Shown: positions 24,101 through 35,891 of the stretch, piece after piece | Layout: each line of letters begins with the position of its first letter | Numbering within the stretch: the stretch's first letter is position 1 | Origin: a virus | Taxonomy: Duplodnaviria; Caudoviricetes | Length of the DNA stretch: 64,000 bases | Direction: 5' to 3' (one strand) | Virus record (IMG/VR): IMGVR_UViG_3300021400_000262 | Location: 32,001 to 96,000 of that record | The notes under the pieces: generated by a model | Seen by the model: only the letters and a program-made list of their open reading frames with translations | Databases searched by the model: none | What the model was told of the DNA's origin: nothing | Translations under genes and position numbers: made by a program

Positions 24101-27100
24101 AAGGCTGCGCAAGATTTAATTGATAAATATGATTTAATAGCTGGTACAGATTATGAACTTGATGAAAATGGAGTAATACGTTTTAAATCTTCAGCTGAAA
24201 ATAAATAGAGAAAAGAAACTAATGAAACTTTTATTGAAAAAGCTAATAAAGATATTAATGAAAGAAATGAAAAAATTCATTTTAGAAGTGGTGAAATTGC
24301 TCAAAACTATGCTACTAGAACAGATTATGCTATTTATAATGGAAATGATATCGAAAATTTTGCTAGATAGTTGTCTTCTGGTTCTTTGACTGAAAGAGAT
24401 ATTTTATCATAGATAGCAACTTATGGTTTGGATAGAGAATCTTCTAATAATTTAATTAGTTCAATAAGAGATCTTGCTATAGAAATTTCTAATACAGAAA
24501 AAGCAAATAAAATTGATTTTTAGCAAGCTAGAATTGCTGATGCTAGAATTTCACTAGGAGAAAATTATTCTGCTGGAATGGAACCTTTATTAAATAAATT
24601 TTTAAAGGATTCTCCTCGTGGAGGCCGTGGTGGAAGTATAGATGGCGAAGAAATATACGGTGATGCTCATCATATTGCAAAAATATATAATGATACATTA
24701 AATTCTATTAATTCAAATGATATTGATGATTCTACTAAAAAACAATTAGCATATGCTTTAGCTGAAGCTTAGTTAAGTGGAAGTGAAAGAGTAGATCTTT
24801 CTGGAATTGATACTTCTAATTGGACAGAGACTTTTATAAAAAAGACCTTTGGAGAAAATGCTGAAAAAATTCAAGCTGCTGTTGATAGAAAAGCTAAAGA
24901 AATTGATACTTCAGTTTTTGAAAATAAAATTGCGGATGTCCATAAAATTTTAAATAAATTAAAAGATGACGCTGTTCTAGAACCTAAAGATTTCGAAGCT
25001 TTAAATTAGGCAAGTGATCTTACATCAGATTATTTTATAGAAATGGCTGATGGGACTCATAAATTAATTGGCGATGCTAAAGAGTTTTATAATCTCGTTC
25101 ATGGAGAACAAGTAGATAATATAAAAAAAGAAATTTCTCGATTAAGTGAAGAATCAAAAGAAATAAAAGATAGAAGAAATCTTTTAGTTGATGAAGAAAC
25201 TGGAGAAACTAGATATTTAGGTAGTGAAAAAGGAGAAAATCTTTTATTTAGTAATGCTTGGGGTAGTGCTAATGCGTATAGTTTAGAGACATATAATCCG
25301 ACTGTATTAGAGGATTAGTTAAATTTATTAAAATCTTTTGATGATTTTGACTAGAGTAAAATTACCGAATGGGAAAAAGATGGTCTTTACAATAGAGATG
25401 AAATGCAAGCAGTCGCAGATGCTTTAAGTTAGTATCGAGAACAAATTGTCTCTAGTAACGAAAAGACAAAAGAAATTGATTAGTCTATAGAAAAATTAAG
25501 TAATACAGCATTATTTGAATCAAAAACTTTTAATGAATTAGATAATAATTTAGCTGATCTTGCATAGAGAACTTCTGGTAATATAGAATTAACAAAAGGT
25601 TATTAGGTTGCTTTTGATAATATTATAAAAACAGAATTATCTTCTATTGGAGTTTCAGAAGATGTTTTTGATTAGCATGTTAAAACCATAAAAAGAAATG
25701 CTGATGCAATAAAAGATGATGAAAATGCTGTTAAAAGATTGGCTTTGGCTAATTTAAGAGTCTAGTAGGGAATTAAATCTTTAGGATAGAATATTAATAC
25801 TTATACAGAAAATTTAGTAGATAGTAAAAAAGATACTTTAGAATATGCTGAATCTATGAATGGTGTAAAAGATACAATGTCATAGATTCTTGGTATTTCT
25901 AAAGAAGACATATCTAATGATTTTATTTTAAAGAATTTAGAAGATATAAAACTTGCAGCAGAAGATGATGAAGAAGCATTAGAACGATTAAGAGAAAAAG
26001 CAAATAGAGAAGTTGTTGCTAAAATTAAAATAGAAGATGAAGATTTAAAATCTTAGCTTGATTTAATTTTAAATGATTTAGAAGCAGAAGATTTACGAGA
26101 TATTGAACTTGGAATGTCAATTAATGAAAATGAAGTTTTAACAAATTATGTAAATCTATTAAATAGAATGTCTGAAGAAGCTGCTGGTGCAGGAGAAGAT
26201 ATTTCTAGTGCATTACAAGATGCAATGGATAGCATTAACTTTGATCCAGAAATTGATTATGATACCATTTCGGTTGGAGATGAAGATTTAACTGAATCTG
26301 CAACAGATGGATATGTAGAAATTCCAAGTATACATACTTCAGCAGATGGAACAATAGAATCTACAACAACAAGAATACCTCTTTCAACTTATTAGCAAGC
26401 TCAGGCAAATGGATTAACAGAAATAAGAGTTCCAAGAATTAATGGAAAGAAAACAGTATCTAAAGGCGGAGTAAATTCTAATGCTAGCACAAGCAATAAA
26501 AGTGGTAAAGGTGGCGGCGGAGGCGGAAGTGCGCCAAAACCAGCTAAAAAGCAAAAAACTACTGATCCTAATACTGGTATAAAAGATATTGATCGCTATA
26601 TCAAAATAAATTAGCAATTAGATGAAAAAGAACATGAAAATACTATGGCTGACGCTAGATTAAAAGCTACTAGCGGAAGAAGTGCCATTAAAATAATGGA
26701 AGAATAGCTCGGTATTTTAAAACAGCAAAAAGTTTTATATGATGAATTAGCAAAAGAAGCTAAACAATATCGAGAAGATGATTTAAAAAAATTACAAAGT
26801 GATTTCGCTGATTTAAATTTTGAAATAGATCCAAATCAAGAAGGTATGCTTTTAAACTATGAAGCTTTATTAAAAGCTGAAACTGAGGCTTATAATAAAG
26901 TTTAGGAAGAGTGGAATAAAAAAATTATTGAAGCTGAAAAAGCATACAATGATGAATTTGTCCGATTAGGTACGGCTGCTACAGAGGAAGCTTTAAAACC
27001 TTGGAAAGATGCTTTAGATAAAGTTAAAGAAGAATCTGAAGAACCATTAGAAAAAGCTGCACAACGTTATGAATTATTTAAAAAAGATACTGACAAATAT

Positions 27101-29743
27101 AATGATTCTGTTGAGCAAGAAAGAAAAGCCAATGAAGAAGCAATACAAAAAGCAAATGAAAAATATTCAAAAGAACTTGAAATAATTGCTAAAGGTGTAG
27201 AATTAAAAATTAAAGTTGATGATGCTGATTTACAATATCTTGAATTTTTATTAGAACAAATTGGAGAAGGCGCAGATCGAGCTTTAGATAGAATGTCTAA
27301 TTTTAGCTGGCAATTAGAAGATAATATGAACAAAATTGATAAATATCAAGAAGGTTTAGATAAAGTTCTTGAACATGCTGGATTAGATTATTAGGATTTA
27401 TTAAATGGTGATATTGATGGTATTGGAACTTTTAATGAAGAAGATTTATCTAAAGTTGAAGAATATCGTGATGGTTTAATTGCTTGCGGAGAGCAGCTTT
27501 TAGAATTACGCAAAACTATTCTTGAAGAAGTTAGTGCTGCCTTTGATGAATTTAATTCTGATTTAGATAGAGCTATTGATAGAGTAGATCATCTAAGAAG
27601 ATTTACTGAAACTTATAAAAATATTCTTGATATAGTTGGTAAGGATGTTGTCGATCCAACAGGAAGAACTACTAATATGCTTGCGCGAACCGCTTTTACG
27701 TAGGCACAAGCAAATGCAAATGCTCTTCAAACCCAGCTCGATATGCAACTTTCTGCGATTGATGATTATAATCGTACTATTGCAAATCTACAATCTGATA
27801 ATAGATATGGTGAACATGATGATACTATTAAAGAATTTAAGAATCAATTAAAAGAAGCTGAAGACGCATATGCGGCGACCCAAGAAGAATGGTTGGGAGC
27901 ATGGGAAGAAACAGTCCAGGCTGCCGCAGATATTTATGAAGCTACAATGTTATAGATTATTGAAGATTTTGGTAAATCTATTTCCGGTTTAGCTGGTTCT
28001 TTAGAAGAATTAGATACTAGATTTAATAGAGCAAAGAGTCTTGCCGATACTTATGTTGATGATTATGAAAAGATTTATCAATTAAGTAAATTAAATCGTG
28101 ATATAAATAATTCTATAGATGATACTGATAATATTCGTAGCAAATAGAGATTAAGAGATTTACAAGAACAAATTAATGATCTTCAAGCCAGTGATAATCA
28201 AATGAGTGAATATGAGATTGAAAACCTTCGTAGAAGATACGAGCTGGAATTAGCATATCTTCAACTTGAAGAAGCCAGAGATGCTAAGAGCCAAGTTCGT
28301 ATGGTCCGTGATAACGAAGGCAACTGGGGATATATTTATACAGCTGATGAAACCGCGGTAGAAGAAGCTGAATAGAATTATGAAGATAAGCTTTATGCTA
28401 TGCAAAAAGCTAATACCGAATATATAGAATCTCTTGAATCAGAAATTCTTCAACTTGAACAAGAGTGGTCTGATGCTTTAGCTGGAATAAGAGTACAAGA
28501 TTATGCCAGCTATGAAGAATACCAAGAAGCCATCGACCGCACAAATGACTATTATACTCAAAAGTTAGACCAAACATATGAGTAGATGGGTATTGCTATT
28601 GACAATAATAAGGTTCTTTATGATGAAGATTGGGCTGCTTATTCTGCTGCTACTGGATATAAGATTTCTGAAGATGAACGTTTTATTGACGATTTTAAAG
28701 AAACAACTTTAAGTCTTACTACTGGATATTAGACCATTGAAGATGCCTAGAATGCTTTTAGAGATGCTACTTTAAATGTTACCAATGATATGGTTTAGGC
28801 TTTTCAAGATTGGGAAAGAGATACTAATACTGCTTTAGAATTAGGCGGAACAGATATTTAGAATTATGCTGAAGATGTGAATGAAGCTATTAATGGTGAT
28901 GGCGGAATTGTTGATCAAACTGAAGATGCTGTCGAAGCTGCTGAAACAATGTCTGATGAGTATTAGGATGCATTTACTGAAATTATTGACTATGCTGGAA
29001 CTTTTTGCTCAGATTTTGATGATATTATTCAAAGAGTTATAGATGATTGTAATGAAGCTGTTGATGCTATTAGAAGATTAGTTGAAGAAATGGATAGAGA
29101 AAATGAGAGAAATAACAATAATAATGAAGATACTTACGCAAATTGGGAAGCCTAGCTTGATGAAGCAGGAAATCTTTCTGGTTGGAAAGCAAAAGATAGA
29201 AATGGTAATTATATAACTGGTTCAGGTAAAAAATTATATTGGGGTGGTAATGAATAGATTTCTGGTTATACTACTACTTATGATTTTGATGCTAATGGAA
29301 ACTTAATTATAGATGGCAAAAATGCTGTTGGTTCTGGTTTTGCTGGTAGCACTCTTTCAGAAGAAGAAAAAAGAAAACTTCTGAAAAAAGCTGCGCATGC
29401 AGATACTGGAATGTATACAGGAAACTGGGGATCTCCAGAAGGAAGGCTTGCTGTGTTGCATGAAAAAGAACTTGTTCTTAATAAAGATGATACCTCTAAT
29501 TTCTTATCTGCTATTGGTATGATTAGAGATATTTCTAGCATGATTGATTTAAATTCAGTAACAAGTTCTAATTTAATGGCTTCTATGTTTGGAATTAAAG
29601 GAGTTTCTACTGGAACAGATACTCTTGAACAAGAAGTCACTATTCATGCAGAATTTCCTAATGTTTAGAATCATTCTGAAATAGAGGAAGCCTTTGATAA
29701 TCTTATTAATAAAGCTTCACAATATGCTAATCGTAAAATTTGA
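21122..29743 (+). CDS. tape measure protein, about 2873 aa, TAG-recoded
   Basis: eight track ORFs in one frame, each ending at TAG; TP901-like TMP core (21.6-22.4 kb), hydrophobic Ala/Gly segments, long coiled coils, C-terminal TGMYTG..LAVLHEKELVLN; ends TGA. Confidence 0.88.
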
Positions 29744-29768
29744 CTTTGTTTTTTTTTAATGATATAAT
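29740..29768 (+). promoter_or_regulatory. consensus sigmaA-type promoter overlapping the tape measure stop codon
   Basis: TTGACT-17 nt-TATAAT with extended TG. Confidence 0.65.
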
Positions 29769-29769
29769 T

Positions 29770-29810
29770 ATGGGGATAAAAATAATAGTTTTATCCCCAT
29801 TTTTTTATTT
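29770..29810 (+). terminator. intrinsic terminator
   Basis: ATGGGGATAAAA/TTTTATCCCCAT stem plus T tract. Confidence 0.8.
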
Positions 29811-29888
29811 TATTGGACAATATTGAGAAAATAATCTAAATTATTTTTGATATATTTATAGATAATGGAGAGAAAGGAGGAACAAGCC

Positions 29889-32800
29889 TTGGGAGATAAA
29901 AGCGAACAATTATTTCAAGGAATAGAAATAATTGCAAAAGGGCTTATATCTGATTTAAAATTTAATAAAACCTCAGTATGTACTATTAAAGATACAAAAG
30001 AAGCTTCGCAAGGTAAATATTATGTTACTGATGGAACAAGTTATTTTTATGCATATTCAGAAAATACTGATTATGTAAAAGAATAGCAAGTATATGTAAT
30101 GATTCCTAATGGCGATTATAATAATTAGAAAATTATTACTGGTAAATATTTAGCGAATGAAAACGAATCATATACTTATTCAGCTCCTTTTAATTCTTTT
30201 GTAGATATAACTGGAAATCTTTATAATAGTGCTATTGATGAAGTCCCAAAGTTAGATTCTTCTTTAATTGCGAATGGGGAAATTAAAGAAATTCTTTTAT
30301 GGGAAAATAAAGATTCATTAAAAGGATATACTACTTTAGGTGTTAAAGCAGATTTTAAATCTTTATTAAAAGAGTTTAATACAGTTGAAGGTACTTATGG
30401 ATTAAGAATCGCTATTCGTTTTATTGATTCTACCAATAGAGCTAATTCACAAGTAAGAGTTATTACTTTTACGAATGAAGATATGTATGGTAATCCGTAT
30501 AATTTTGAAACTTATTATACTCAAGAAAAATTATTTACAATAGCCGATAAAGATAAAATTATTGATAGAATTTAGGTATACTTCTTTTAGGATAAAAACT
30601 TTAGAGCTTCAAATGGAGTCAATATTCCTGTAGCTACATTACCGAATCTTTTTATTAAGAATGTTTTTGTTGCTTTAGGATATGATTTAAATGGCTTTGG
30701 AGAAGATTAGGTTTTATTATATAGTTTAAATTCTGATACTTATGATGCATCTTATAGCTCTTTTGAAAATAAGAAAACTATGAATATAAGATGGATTCAT
30801 AAAATAGATGATAATAATTTTGAATGTTATGCTGAAGAAAATGAAGAATTTTCAAATTCTTTAATCATACACTGGTATAAATATAATCTTTCAACTGGCG
30901 TTATAGATCCTCTTGCGGGTAATTTTTGGTAGGAAATACCAGAAGCAAAGAATAAATTTAAATATTCTATTTTTCCGAATACTATAGAAAGTAATGAATA
31001 GTATAAAGTAATTATTGAATCAATTCCTGATAATAATATTGATGATGCAGAGTTAAATAATCTTGAAAATTTAGTTTAGGAAAAATATAGTGTTTTAAAT
31101 GATTATACTGCTAGATATGGGAATTCTAATAACGAGATTGAAATGCAGTTATTAGAAAATGCTCGATAGGAATATGATGCTGCTGTTGAAGATTATGATT
31201 TTTAGAAAGCTTAGTTGTTTGCGGAAACCCAGTATTTTGAAAGTAATGTTTTAACTTTTACTAATGAATCTTTAGTTGCTAATTATGCAAGTATAGATTT
31301 AATTAATGGTCTTTCAATAGAATGTGATTTAAATGGTCAGAAGGGAATTTATAATATATATAATTCTCATAATGAATTAACTAATTCTAGTGAAGGCAAT
31401 AAAATGAGATTAATGACTGCGGTTTATAATTCTATTATAACTGGTCAAGAATCTCTTGATACTGCGGAAAAGATTTCTTGGAGATTCCCTTTAACTAAGA
31501 CAATGATTCAAACTCCAGTCGATGGCAAAGAATATAATACTGCCAATGGAGATGAATACTTTGAGGCTGCGGATGGTAGTTATTGTATTATCACGCGTGA
31601 TGGTACGAAAGCTACTGGGGACATAGGATCGTCTTTCCCGAACGCCGCGAGTCAATATTTTAGAATTAAACCTTATTATGTTGAAGGTGCTACTGATAAT
31701 ATAATTACTTGTTATGTAACCAAGAACAGAACTACTTATACAGCTTCAACTTCTCTTACCTTTGGAAATCAAGGAAATAGTGGAACAGATTTTACTTTTT
31801 TCCTTTAGTGGGAAGAAGGAAGTAATTGTATTTATGAGAATGATGAAGATCCAATTTAGATTTTTGCTCATTTATACGATGAAGAAAATAATGAAATTGC
31901 TCTACGAAATGTTACTTTTGAATGGGTTAATCCTGATACGAAGTTTAGAGATTTTATTATTAATGAAAGTCCAATTACTTTCTGCAATTCTACTGGAAGC
32001 GAATCTTATTATAGTATAAGTGTTGGAGGTAGTGATAGTTGTTATATTCATTATGATAGCATAAGAGAATATAAAGATGGTTTTTGGAATATATTAAAAG
32101 CGACTGTTAAAACAGGAGAATCTGAACCCGTTACTAGTGATGGTTAGGAGCTTGGAGCGGAAGTTGTTTTAACAGCTTATTTATCAATACCTTTAACTCA
32201 AAGAAGAACTACTTCTTCTGGAACAGTTAATATTTTTTCTTCGGTTGAAGGTTGTAATAAAATAATTTATAATTCTTTAGGTTCTAATCCAGATTATTTT
32301 TCTGGTTAGTATAAAATCTTTTAGGGCGCTAATGAATATGATATTGATACAAATGGATATTCTTGGCGGATTTTAATTAAAGATTTTATGGATACTGCAA
32401 TAGATGTAGATGAGTAGAATCATTTAAAGAATTATTATCCATAGATTAAAAATAATTTTATTGTTCCTCCATCTATGTATTTTGGATTTACTGGAATATG
32501 TAGTGCAATTTGTGCAAATGATTTGGGGGATATTATTTGGGCTTAGCCAATAGTCATATAGCAAGATTAGTATAGTTCAGCTTTATTAAATTCTTGGAAT
32601 GGTAAATATACTGTTGATGAAGAGGCTGGAACTATATTAACAACAATGTTGGGAGCTGGGTCTAAAGATGAAAGAAATAGATTTTCTGGAGTTCTTCTTG
32701 GTGATATAGATGATTCTGATAAAGGAGTCTTCGGTTATCATGAAGGTGCTCAATCTTTTGGATTTAGAACCAATGGTAAAGCTTTTATTGGTAAAGCTAA

Positions 32801-35192
32801 TAAAGGTCGAATTGAATTCGACGGAAATTCTGGATCAATTAAAAGTATGTCTTATAGCAAAGGCAATACTGGTATGTTAATTGATTTAGATGATGGTGTT
32901 ATTGATATTTTAGGTTGCGAATATGCAAGTGTTGCGACTGTTTATGATAGTAGCATTGTCTATTGGTATTTAAATGAAGATGAAAAATGGCAATAGATAA
33001 ATGAAATTTATAATCTTTCTGTATAGACAGCAGAAGATTTTAATAAAGGTCCTATTTAGTTAGCTACAGAATAGTCTAAGTAGGATTTGGTTTCACATGA
33101 TGAAACAAGTCCTTATTATAATAAATTTTTATATCCAATAGTAGCAGAGTATTATGATTATAATGAAACTTATTGGTATAAAGATGCTGATAATAATTGG
33201 GCTTAGACAAATGTTCCTGGTAATATTGAATTATTGAGTGAAGATGCTTTTTGGGCTGGTGTTATAGGTCTTGCGAGCAATGGATTAGGAATATCTGTTT
33301 TAACAGATGAAAGCAGTCCTTATTATAATAAATTTTATACATTCTCTGATACGCTTCCTACTGGAGCTGATTTAAACGAATGCTTTTATTTAGATAATAA
33401 TGAAGCTTTTGTTAATCCTAATACTATTCTTGTCTTGGAGGTGCGGACGGCCGCAGACTTCGCATTAGGGCCAGTTGAATTAGCAAGACAACAAAGAAAA
33501 ACAGATAGAATTTTAGCTGATAGTAATAGAGCTGGTTATAATAAATTCTTTTCTGGATAGACAGTAAACGATTCAGATAATAATACAACTTATACAAAAA
33601 CAGATAGTCGAGTAACTATTTAGGCATTATCACCATATATTAAAGTTAATGAGTCTGGAAAAGATGTTTTTTAGATTGCTAAGGACGTGTCTTTTATTTA
33701 GACTAATGATTATAGTTCTAGCGAATTAACAGGAGCTAGAATTACTTTAAAAGGCGCTGATGATACAGTTAATAGTTCGATCAAGCCTTCTTTTGATATA
33801 AAAGCATATAGTGCTACTGGTGGAGTAAAAATGAGTTCCATTTCTCCTTTTTTAGTAGCTCAAGCAAGAGATAATAGTCACGATATAAATGGAGTTAGAG
33901 ATTTAGAAAATTATCCTTATAAAACATTATTAAGTGTTGGCGATAATAGTTATTATTTACAATCTTTTAATTATGAAACTCCAACTTCTAATGCTGAAGA
34001 TGGTACTGAAAACACTACCAATGGCAAAGGAATGAGAATTGATCTTGCTAATGGAAAAATTTTAGGATATGATTTTTCCTTGAAGGCACAAGAAAATTCT
34101 GGAGATTATAATGGTTCTTATGTGGCTATTAATAGCAATGGTAATTCTTATTTAAGAGTACATTTAAAAACAGTTTCTAGTGCTCCAGAATATGAACTTG
34201 TTACTTTTCCTAGTGCAGTAACATCAACTGCTATGGGAGAAGAAGATGGAACTGGATATGTAGCTAATACTTATTATTATTATGATGAAAATACTAATAG
34301 TTATTAGTTAGCTACTGAAGGTTGGAATCCTAATATAACATATTATTAGTTAACAACAATACCCACTCAATTAAGAGATGTTGATTTAATTAATATAGGA
34401 AAAAATAAATTTTTATTACAATCTTAGAACTGGGTTTCTGGTCATTCTGGTACTTAGATTAATTTATCAAGAGGTAAAATAACTTCTTATAACTTTAATT
34501 TAAGAGCAGTTGGAACTGGAGGAACAATTTTTATTAATAGTACCAATCCTACTTATCCTTTTAGAATTGAAGGTAATACAGAACAAAGTATTCAAAATAA
34601 TATTACTTCAACTGTTGTTACTAATGTTGGTAAAAGTTATTTTAGGATAAAATGGAACGGAGATTTTATAGCTGGAAATAATACTAATAATTTGGAATAT
34701 TCCGGTGGACGTTTTACTTTAAAAGGTGGCGTTATTTCTGGTGGTTCTATTAATATTGGAAATGGATTTTTTAAGGCTAATGATGAAGAAGTAAAATTGG
34801 GTGATTGGCATGTTGATAGTTCTAATGGAGCAGATGCTTTTTATTATGGAGATTGGGATGATTCTACTATTGGAATGGCAAATCCTTCTTCTTCTAATCA
34901 TCCATATTATTTATGGGCTGGATGGGGAGACGATTATAAACTACCTAATGGTGCTCATGCAATGTTAGCTACCAATAGAGATGGAACAGAAATTGCTAAT
35001 TTAACTTTATATGGACCTACAAGTTTACATGAAGGTGGAACTCATTATTCCGGATCAACTTTAGGTTCAGCTTTAGATAATTTATATGATAGCATTGATA
35101 ACTATGATACCTGGTTAGCACGAGGAGAATGGCATAGAGAAATTATAGACCATGAAGAAATTTGTCATGCCAGAGGCCCAGAGAATGATTAA
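29889..35192 (+). CDS. large tail-tip protein (1767 aa unspliced), TAG-recoded, intron in its 3' end
   Basis: TTG start after AAAGGAGG; six track ORFs in one frame; first gene after the tape measure; beta-rich GxxIDL-type segments in the C-terminal half. Confidence 0.75.
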
Positions 35193-35438
35193 AATCAGGA
35201 TTAAATGGTGCTAGTAAAATTCCTTAAACTGCGGGGACACCCTTAGAGCTTTTACAACCAAACAAGTACAGGGATGTGCTTGCGGCGATGGAGTAACGGC
35301 CTCGGTATGGTAAAATCGTAAAAGATTGGGCAATCAAACGCATCGAAATCTCTAGAACAGAGAGACGTTCAACGACTATAATAGGAACTCGAAAGAGATG
35401 GTATAGTCTAATCGCTTACGAAATGTAAGAGTGAAATG
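35096..35438 (+). ncRNA. group I self-splicing intron without homing endonuclease (alternative 3' end at 35618)
   Basis: P element AAACTGCGGGGA (35226), R GTTCAACGACTA (35367-35378), S GATGGTATAGTCT (35397-35409); P3 TTCCT/AGGAA, P4 TGCG/CGCA, P7 GACTA/TAGTC, P8 CTC-GAAA-GAG, P9 CTTAC/GTAAG; P1 TAGCAT (35090-95) with GTGCTA (35208-13) ending in U.G. Confidence 0.88.
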
Positions 35439-35616
35439 CAGAAATTAGTAGGCTGCTTTTAATGAAGGAGCTGAAGCTGGTTTTGTAGCTGCTTAGAGAG
35501 AGACACCCTGTGATCCAGATTGTTATTGCAACTATGAATTTTGTGCAGATGATTGCGATACATGTAATAATGGAAATTGTGGGTGCAATAGTGGACAATG
35601 TGAACCAGATGATTAA
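35439..35616 (+). CDS. alternative 3' exon A: 58-aa Cys-rich C-terminus (9 Cys)
   Basis: RNQQAAFNEGAEAGFVAAQRETPCDPDCYCNYEFCADDCDTCNNGNCGCNSGQCEPDD*; in frame after a 35095/35439 junction. Confidence 0.65.
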
Positions 35617-35618
35617 TG

Positions 35619-35886
35619 CTGTAATTCTGATGAAAGTTATACAAGTGGTTCAAATTCTTTAAAAGGACGACTTTATTCTGATGGATATTCAGATGGATAT
35701 GAAGCTTGGGATCCACCATTATATTGTCATCATTGTAATAACAATAAAATATGTGATGAATTTTGTGGGTGTGATATTGTAAATTGCGATTGTAATGATA
35801 ATAGTCCTTGTTCTTGTAATAGATCTTATTGTGGAGATGATTGCGATGATACTCCTTGTTTTAGTTATGGACCTGGTGGAGTGTAA
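35619..35886 (+). CDS. alternative 3' exon B: 88-aa Cys-rich C-terminus (13 Cys)
   Basis: CNSDESY...LYSDGYSDGYEAWDPPLYCHHCNNNKICDEFCGCDIVNCDCNDNSPCSCNRSYCGDDCDDTPCFSYGPGGV*; no usable in-frame start; in frame after a 35095/35619 junction; 10-bp P10 pairing. Confidence 0.65.
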
Positions 35887-35891
35887 AAACA

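Noticed and set aside
35190-35433. Alternative intron limits GAT|TAA...GTG|AAA
   Set aside because: This is also in frame, but it lacks a U.G pair in P1, G35433 lies inside the P9 stem, and it cannot explain cassette B. It is less likely, not excluded
35431-35886. Cys-rich cassettes as free-standing RiPP precursor genes
   Set aside because: The GTG at 35431 has no convincing SD and cassette B has no usable in-frame start. The ATG after AAAAGGA (about 35661) opens a different, Cys-free frame
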